DNA from: Chloroflexota bacterium
Lineage (GTDB): Bacteria; Chloroflexota; Dehalococcoidia; UBA2979
Direction of reading: 5' to 3'
DNA: 64,000 bases
NCBI GenBank assembly: GCA_003228125.1
Contig: QGNP01000004.1
Coordinates: 4,559 to 68,558, forward strand
The notes under the pieces were generated by a model, which was not told where the DNA came from, did not search any database, and saw nothing but the letters and a program-made list of their open reading frames with translations. Made by a program: the position numbers and the translations under genes. Below are positions 57,978 to 64,000 of the stretch, piece after piece (position 1 is the first letter of the stretch; each line of letters opens with the position of its first letter).

Positions 57978-58856
57978 TTAAAAAACATTATTTGATAAAT
58001 TTTGTAAGAATTCTCTAATATTTAACGCCAATTGTCCTGGTTGATCGGTTGGAACGGCATGGCCAGCCTCTTCAATAAGTGAAATTCTTGAACCTGGAAT
58101 TCTGCGATGCATTCTCTGCAACGTATTTGCCGTAATAAGGTCTGAATACGTACCTCTTATGATCATAGTTGGACATTGTATTCTATCCAATAGTTCCCAT
58201 AAATCAGGCGCACGTTTTTGTGTGTGGTTAGCATTCATTGGCCTAACAGTTGGATCTTTAAATGCAGGATCGAAATCCCAATAAAAAAATTGATCTTTTT
58301 TGCCTACTTTTAAAACTGATTTAACTCTTCTCCTTAATTGATCATCTGAGGCATAAGGAAAATATTCTTTAAATAAAGCCATTGCGCTTTCGATAGATGC
58401 AAATTTATTACCAACTGAAACAAGTCCTCGAATATTTTCAATTCCCTTTTTTAAAACATCTGGAGAAGCTTCAACCATTACCATTGCAATTATCATTTCT
58501 GGATTATCAGCAGCAAAGGTAATAGCATTTGCTGCTCCCATATCATGTCCAACAAAAGACAAACTAGTAAGTTTTTTTATTTCAATTATTTTTCGTAGAT
58601 CTTCTACTTGAGCTTGTCGACTGTAGTCAAGCTCTTTAGAGTATTCACTATTTCCATATCCTCGTTGGTCTATGGCAATTACATGATAATCTCTAGATAG
58701 ATCTTGAGCTGTATCATCCCAAATTCTAGATGTTTCAGCATAGCCGTGAAGCATTATGATAGCATGTTTTGATTTTCTATTTCCCCAGCTTTTACAATTA
58801 ATATTCAGCCCATTAACTTCAATAAGCTCTTCTTTAACCTTTTCAATAACTGCCAT
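57978..58856 (-). CDS. Alpha/beta-fold hydrolase with Asp nucleophile (epoxide hydrolase/dehalogenase-like elbow)
   Basis: LHGYAE, DQRGYG.S, GHDMG, IRGTYSD, EAGHAV. Confidence 0.85.
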   Translation of the reverse strand: MAVIEKVKEELIEVNGLNINCKSWGNRKSKHAIIMLHGYAETSRIWDDTAQDLSRDYHVIAIDQRGYGNSEYSKELDYSRQAQVEDLRKIIEIKKLTSLSFVGHDMGAANAITFAADNPEMIIAMVMVEASPDVLKKGIENIRGLVSVGNKFASIESAMALFKEYFPYASDDQLRRRVKSVLKVGKKDQFFYWDFDPAFKDPTVRPMNANHTQKRAPDLWELLDRIQCPTMIIRGTYSDLITANTLQRMHRRIPGSRISLIEEAGHAVPTDQPGQLALNIREFLQNLSNNVF

Positions 58857-58962
58857 TTTTTCTCCTTTTTATTTTGTCATTCTAAAGATCGTACTACCTG
58901 ATATGCTAGCACTTCAATAGTAATTTGTCTAAGTTAAATACTAAGTCTAATTTCAGTAGGGA

Positions 58963-59886
58963 TCAAAAACAAACTGCTATTGATTTTATATTAAATTTTA
59001 ATTCTATGATTTCTAACCAATCCTGTCCCATATTATGAGTAGCCCAAATCTTTTTTTCAATTACTGCAAAAAGGGTATCTTGACTATTTGGTAATTTTAC
59101 TATTAATGGATGGGAATTAAATTTTATTTTGTTATCTATCTTAATATTTTCAATTTTGTTATTTTTTTGGTTTACATAATAAAGCATATGTTTTTTTTCA
59201 TTATTTTTATTGCCATAAAATAATATTAAATTTTTTGTTTTATCTGAAAAAATAAATATATCTATAATATTGATTTCTGTATTTTCAAAAATTTCTTTTT
59301 TCCAATTCAATGCAAAATCAATCGAAGTATAAAGATCGCTATTTGTTAAGGCATAAATTTTTTCTGTATTTATTTCATCTCCAGCAAGCTTATATATTTC
59401 TGTATCAATGCCATCAGAACTTCTTACCCAGCTACTGCCAAGATTGTGTGAAATAAGTATTCCTATATTTTCAACTGCAATTGCTATGCTACCTGAAATT
59501 TCTATAATATCACGAATTTTTTTTTCAATATTGAGTTTTGATAATCCTTGCATTGAGCCACTATTAATGAAACCGCTGATTCCTTTTGATTCTTTCCATG
59601 TCTCTCCATTATTTATTGATATAATTAAAGCAGTAGGCAATATTCCGGCTATAATTGTTCCATTATCTGTCACTTTAATTGATGTTACATTGCCAGTCCA
59701 TTTTTGATTCCAATGTCCATACTTGTCTCTAATAAAAAGTCCTTTATCTTGAACATATGCTACAGCTAATCCATTACGATTTGTTTTAATATATTCAATT
59801 TTCTGATTAGGAAGTTCGCAAATAATTTTTTTTTCAGGCTCAATAAAATAAAGACCATTATCTGTGCCTGCAAATAAACCAATCAT
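58963..59886 (-). CDS. Beta-propeller protein with BNR/Asp-box repeats (Ycf48/WD40-like)
   Basis: Repeated S/T-x-N/D-x-G-x-T/S-W boxes (SINNGETW, SHNLGSSW, SIDFALNW, THNMGQDW). Confidence 0.75.
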   Translation of the reverse strand: MIGLFAGTDNGLYFIEPEKKIICELPNQKIEYIKTNRNGLAVAYVQDKGLFIRDKYGHWNQKWTGNVTSIKVTDNGTIIAGILPTALIISINNGETWKESKGISGFINSGSMQGLSKLNIEKKIRDIIEISGSIAIAVENIGILISHNLGSSWVRSSDGIDTEIYKLAGDEINTEKIYALTNSDLYTSIDFALNWKKEIFENTEINIIDIFIFSDKTKNLILFYGNKNNEKKHMLYYVNQKNNKIENIKIDNKIKFNSHPLIVKLPNSQDTLFAVIEKKIWATHNMGQDWLEIIELKFNIKSIAVCF

Positions 59887-59982
59887 CTTTATCCTTATAT
59901 TTTCATGATATAGAATATATATTAGGCGTGTTTAATAATAAAAACCAGCGTATAATTGAATCTCTAGTAAAATAGGTTAGAT

Positions 59983-60627
59983 ATGAATAATAGTAAAAAT
60001 TTATTAACCAATAAGATAAAAATAATGATTATATTTTTCTTATTGGTTTTGAGTTTCTGTGTAGTTTTTTTCTCTGGTTTATCAAGTAAAGATTCACTTG
60101 AATCTTTAGAATCACAAGGATATTTGAATACTGATATCGGTATTGATTTTTATAAATTTAATCTTTTAAGACTTGATACAGGTACTTTATTTGACAAACA
60201 GAAAAAATATCTTTCATCGGATGATTTGAAAGATAAACCATATTTGTTAAATTTTTGGGCAACTTGGTGCGGCCCATGTCGAGTCGAATTTAATGCTTTA
60301 GAGACGTTATGGGCTAGTGGCAAAAATATATTTGATCCAAAAAATCCAGAATCATTTTTAGTTGTAGTAGGAGTTAATATTGCCGAGGATCCTATTCTTA
60401 TTAAAAAATTTATTCAAGAAAAAAAAGCTACGTTTGAAATTTTATTAGATCCTGATGATTTACTTTCAAGAGAGTATAATATTAGAGGAATCCCCGTAAC
60501 ATTATTAATTTATAATGATAAGGTATACTATAAGTGGACTGGTCCAATTCGTGCTGAACAAGTATATAGACAATTTTCAATTTTAAAAAAAGATGTTATC
60601 GAAAAGAGGAATAGCTATGACGAATAA
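59983..60627 (+). CDS. TlpA/ResA-like thioredoxin with N-terminal membrane anchor
   Basis: LLNFWATWCGPCRVE, RGIPVTLLI. Confidence 0.92.
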   Translation: MNNSKNLLTNKIKIMIIFFLLVLSFCVVFFSGLSSKDSLESLESQGYLNTDIGIDFYKFNLLRLDTGTLFDKQKKYLSSDDLKDKPYLLNFWATWCGPCRVEFNALETLWASGKNIFDPKNPESFLVVVGVNIAEDPILIKKFIQEKKATFEILLDPDDLLSREYNIRGIPVTLLIYNDKVYYKWTGPIRAEQVYRQFSILKKDVIEKRNSYDE

Positions 60628-61846
60628 AGGGCCATTGGCAGGGATTAAAATACTTGATTTAAGCTGGATACTTTCTGGGCCATTTGCAACAATGACTTTA
60701 TGTGATTTAGGTGCAGATATTGTAAAAATTGAAAGACCTCCATTTGGTGATTTAGGCAGAACAACAAGACCATTAATTGATGGTGAATCTGGATATTTTT
60801 TTTCAGTTAATAGAGGTAAAAAATCTATAGCTATAGATTTAAAAAGCAAAAGAGGGAAAGAGTTATTCTTAGAACTTATTAAAGATTTTGATGTTATTGT
60901 TGAAAATTTTACTCCTGGAGTCATGGATAAAATGGGCCTTTCTTTTGAAAAAATTCAGTCTATAAATAACAAAATTATTTATGCGGCAATTTCAGGATAT
61001 GGACAAACAGGACCATGGAAAGATAGACCTGCGCTCGATGTAATTGCTCAAGGTTCAGGGGGAATTCTCTCTGTTACTGGCCAAGAAGACGGACCTCCAA
61101 TTAGGCCAGGTACTTCCCTAGGTGATATAGGAGCAGGCATATATTGTGTTATTGGAATTTTAACAGCTTTAATTGAGAGAAATAAATCTAACCAAGGACA
61201 GTTTATTGATATTTCAATGATGGATTGTCAAATTGCTCTACAGGAAAATGCATTTATGAGATGGCACTTGACTGGCGAAGAGCCAAAAAAACTAGGCACT
61301 AGACATCCTACAGCTGTTCCATTTCAAGCATTTCCTACTTTGGATGGATGGATTGTAGTTGCATTATCTTGGGGGGTTCCTGAACAGTGGAATTTATTAT
61401 GTTCTGTTCTAAGCTTAGACAAATTAATTGATGATCATAGATTTAAAACAGCAGAAAGTCGCACTGATAACCATAGTGATTTAGAACCCATTTTAAATGA
61501 AGCATTTAAAAAACAAACAACAGATGATTGGATAGATTTATTATTACCAATGCATATTCCATGTGGTCCAGTTAATTCTATTCCAGAAGTAAGTCAGTCT
61601 GAACAAGCAAATGCTAGAAATATGTTTACTGAAGTTAGCCATAAGACATTTGGGAAAGTAAAATTAGTAAATAGCCCTATTAAATTATCTAGAACTCCAG
61701 CTATGATACAAGGTACTGCGCCTGATATGGGAGAACATACTAAGAGTATTTTGCAAAATACTTTAGGTTTAAGCGATCAAATGATTGAAGAATTAGTTGC
61801 AAGTAAAATAATTTGGGAACAAAGAGCAGAACCTGATTTAGAATAA
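60617..61846 (+). CDS. Family III CoA-transferase (formyl-CoA transferase-like)
   Basis: GPLAGIKILD, LGADIVKIE, NRGKKSI, ENFTPG, GYGQTGP, LGDIGAG (catalytic Asp), APDMGEHT. ATG at 60617 with GAGGA SD. Confidence 0.95.
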   Translation: MTNKGPLAGIKILDLSWILSGPFATMTLCDLGADIVKIERPPFGDLGRTTRPLIDGESGYFFSVNRGKKSIAIDLKSKRGKELFLELIKDFDVIVENFTPGVMDKMGLSFEKIQSINNKIIYAAISGYGQTGPWKDRPALDVIAQGSGGILSVTGQEDGPPIRPGTSLGDIGAGIYCVIGILTALIERNKSNQGQFIDISMMDCQIALQENAFMRWHLTGEEPKKLGTRHPTAVPFQAFPTLDGWIVVALSWGVPEQWNLLCSVLSLDKLIDDHRFKTAESRTDNHSDLEPILNEAFKKQTTDDWIDLLLPMHIPCGPVNSIPEVSQSEQANARNMFTEVSHKTFGKVKLVNSPIKLSRTPAMIQGTAPDMGEHTKSILQNTLGLSDQMIEELVASKIIWEQRAEPDLE

Positions 61847-61861
61847 ACATGTATGAAGTGG

Positions 61862-61903
61862 AATGTTTTTAATTTTCTTGCTTGCAAGAAAATTAAAAAC
61901 ATT
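61862..61903. terminator. Perfect 20-bp inverted repeat (AATGTTTTTAATTTTCTTGC-TT-GCAAGAAAATTAAAAACATT), probable terminator hairpin
   Basis: Read directly; 15 nt downstream of the CoA-transferase stop. Confidence 0.7.
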
Positions 61904-61921
61904 TGATACTATTGAAACGTC

Positions 61922-61944
61922 CATTGCGTACCTAGTACACAATG
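61922..61944. promoter_or_regulatory. Operator-like dyad CATTGCGTAC-CTA-GTACACAATG upstream of gltB
   Basis: 10-bp arms with one mismatch, about 60 nt upstream of the gltB start, flanked by a TGAAACGT direct repeat. Confidence 0.4.
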
Positions 61945-62002
61945 AAACGTATATTATTAATTTTCATTTATTTTAATATTAATAATGGCAAGGAACGTAG
62001 AT

Positions 62003-64000
62003 ATGTTAAGTAAAAATTTTGCATCAGTAAAAGATATTGCAGATGGCAAGTATCTTTATAATGTTCGACAAGAACATGATGCATGTGGCATGGGTTTTGT
62101 TGCTTCTATTGATGGTATTAAAAGTCATAAAATTGTCCAATTAGCAGTTGAAGGAGTTATAAATTTAACACATAGAGGAGCTGTTTCAGCTGATTCAACT
62201 TCTGGTGATGGAGCAGGGATAACAATACAAATTCCATTTGAATTGTTAGCATCGGAATTTCCGAATTTCATTGATGATATTAGAGAAGGTAATCTCGGCA
62301 TTGCTATGTGTTTTATGCCAAGTGATGAGAAAAATTTTAATCAATCCAAGTCTATTCTTGAAAAAGCAATTACAAATACTGGACTTGAGTTATTAACATG
62401 GAGATCTGTTCCAATTGATAAAAGTGTCCTTGGCGGCACAGCCTTAGAGTCACTACCAAATATTATTCAATTATTGATCAAAAAAACAAAAGATATAAAT
62501 ATTGGATCTGAATTCGATCGTAGTTTATATCTTGCTAGAAAAAGAGCAGAAAAATTATTCAGAGATGATAATTTAGATTCATATATAGTTTCTATGTCAT
62601 CAAGAACTGTTATATACAAAGGCCTGATGGTTGCTAATCAATTGCAAGCATTTTATCCAGACTTAAGTAATGAAAAAACTAAAACAGCGACAGCTTTATT
62701 GCACCAAAGATTTGCAACTAATACTTTGCCCAATTGGAAACTGGCACAGCCATTTAGAATTGTTGCCCATAATGGTGAATTTAATACTCTTTTGGGCAAT
62801 AGAAATTGGATGAAAGCTCGGGAACCGTCATTAACTTCTGCAGTATGGAAGCAGAACATTGATGAATTAAAGCCAGTTATCTTACCTATTGGATCCGATA
62901 CTGCATCGTTTGATGAAGCTCTTGAATTATTATCTTACTCTGGAAGAAGTCTTTTGCATTCATTGATGATGTTAATTCCTGAAGCATGGGAGAATATGCC
63001 TAACTTAGATCCAAATCTACATGCATTTTATGAATATAATGCATGTCTTACTGAACCTTGGGATGGACCAGCTGCTGTTGTTGCAACTAATGGATCAATT
63101 ACTGCTGCTATTATGGATAGAAATGGATTGCGCCCAGCAAGATATCAAATAACTTCAGATGGTTTAGTTATTATTGCTTCAGAAGTAGGATTAATTGATA
63201 TAGATTTAAATACAGTTGTTGAATCTGGCAGGCTAGGTCCTGGAGAAATGATAGCTGTAGATAATGTTAGAAAAAAATTTTTGAATAACAATGAAATAAA
63301 AAAAGAAATTGCAGAAAGAAAGCCTTATAAAAATTGGATTGATAAAAATCTTATTCATTTATCTGAAAAATCTATATCAACTGACTATGCAGATAACTTA
63401 GAGCACAAAACACTTCCCATCGATCAACTTGAAATACTTTATGGCTATTCTCATGAAGAAGTGGAATATATTCTTAAGCCCATGGCTGTAACAGCCAAGG
63501 AACCTGTAGGTTCAATGGGAGATGACACACCTTTATCAATTTTACAAGATGATCCAAGGCAATTATATTCTTATTTTAAACAAAAATTTGCTCAAGTTAC
63601 GAATCCAGCAATTGATTCGATCCGCGAAGAAGTTGTAATGTCTTTAGATACTTATTTAGGTGAACGGAAATCTTTACTAGAGTCTAATCCAGATGCAGTA
63701 AAACTAATTCATCTTACAAGCCCCTTATTAACTAATGAAGAAATAAATAATTTACGTGATTTTAAGCACGAAAGTTTTAAAATTGTTACTTTAAGATCTG
63801 TCATTTCTAAGAACATTAATGCTAACAATCTTATAAAAAGCATTGAAAAATTATGTGATAGTGCTTATCAAGCAGTAAATGATGGATCGTCAATTATCAT
63901 TATTAGCGATAGAATACAAACTAATGATGAATCACCAATTCCCATGATTCTTTCTATAGCTGCAGTCCATCATTATTTAATTGAAAAAAATGTTAGGATG
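62003..64000 (+). CDS. gltB: Glutamate synthase large subunit, 3'-truncated by the window edge (not in the ORF track)
   Basis: Manual translation MLSKNF...EHDACGMGFVA (Ntn Cys), HRGA, GDGAG, HQRFATNT.PNW..AQPFR..AHNGE, EPWDGPA, DRNGLRP, GSMGDD, FKQKFAQVTNPAID; AAGGA SD. Confidence 0.98.
   Translation, partial: MLSKNFASVKDIADGKYLYNVRQEHDACGMGFVASIDGIKSHKIVQLAVEGVINLTHRGAVSADSTSGDGAGITIQIPFELLASEFPNFIDDIREGNLGIAMCFMPSDEKNFNQSKSILEKAITNTGLELLTWRSVPIDKSVLGGTALESLPNIIQLLIKKTKDINIGSEFDRSLYLARKRAEKLFRDDNLDSYIVSMSSRTVIYKGLMVANQLQAFYPDLSNEKTKTATALLHQRFATNTLPNWKLAQPFRIVAHNGEFNTLLGNRNWMKAREPSLTSAVWKQNIDELKPVILPIGSDTASFDEALELLSYSGRSLLHSLMMLIPEAWENMPNLDPNLHAFYEYNACLTEPWDGPAAVVATNGSITAAIMDRNGLRPARYQITSDGLVIIASEVGLIDIDLNTVVESGRLGPGEMIAVDNVRKKFLNNNEIKKEIAERKPYKNWIDKNLIHLSEKSISTDYADNLEHKTLPIDQLEILYGYSHEEVEYILKPMAVTAKEPVGSMGDDTPLSILQDDPRQLYSYFKQKFAQVTNPAIDSIREEVVMSLDTYLGERKSLLESNPDAVKLIHLTSPLLTNEEINNLRDFKHESFKIVTLRSVISKNINANNLIKSIEKLCDSAYQAVNDGSSIIIISDRIQTNDESPIPMILSIAAVHHYLIEKNVRM

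Noticed and set aside
62653-62859. 68-aa minus-strand ORF
   Set aside because: Antisense to gltB, which the ORF track omitted because it has no stop in the window.

Overview
AT-rich (roughly 27-30% GC by eye, not computed), gene-dense bacterial chromosome segment. Gene content (caa3-type oxidase with System I Ccm genes, several family III CoA-transferases, ADP-forming acyl-CoA ligase pair, MMPL and MFS transporters, rsmD-coaD-ORF trio) suggests a marine Chloroflexota of SAR202/Dehalococcoidia type; this is an inference. About 65 CDS and one tRNA-Ala(GGC) are present. No integrase, transposase, phage genes or CRISPR array were seen. Main blocks: (1) 5'-truncated GH18-fold/PKD surface protein, rsmD, coaD, a DQN-repeat protein, leuS; (2) MMPL, VOC, D-2-hydroxyacid dehydrogenase, tRNA-Ala, rsmG, greA; (3) a bidirectional respiratory locus with ccmG-E-F-H-orfX-A-B-C-D-ctaB on the minus strand and coxB-A-C-D on the plus strand, including a 48-aa ccmD missed by the ORF track; (4) nadE, degenerate ROK, folP, SDR, amidase, quinone oxidoreductase, a triple-domain RidA fusion, LipL-like ligase; (5) HAD, mfd, pth, acyl-CoA ligase beta/alpha, small HTH; (6) a minus-strand run plsY-MidA-Prx-IscU-MocA-like-nuoI-nuoG-like-LON-N; (7) MFS, TIP-like aquaporin, a GC-rich structured intergenic element that looks like an unannotated small RNA, dut, polyferredoxin, nfo; (8) CoA-transferase pair, thyX, fabF, Asp-nucleophile hydrolase, beta-propeller, TlpA, a third CoA-transferase, and 3'-truncated gltB (absent from the ORF track). 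Best leads: the candidate sRNA at about 50761-50860, the single-chain triple RidA beside an amidase, the orphan NuoG/NuoI module with assembly-type genes, the unknown gene inside the ccm operon, and two genes that seem to need non-canonical start codons (CTG; ATT/ATC).
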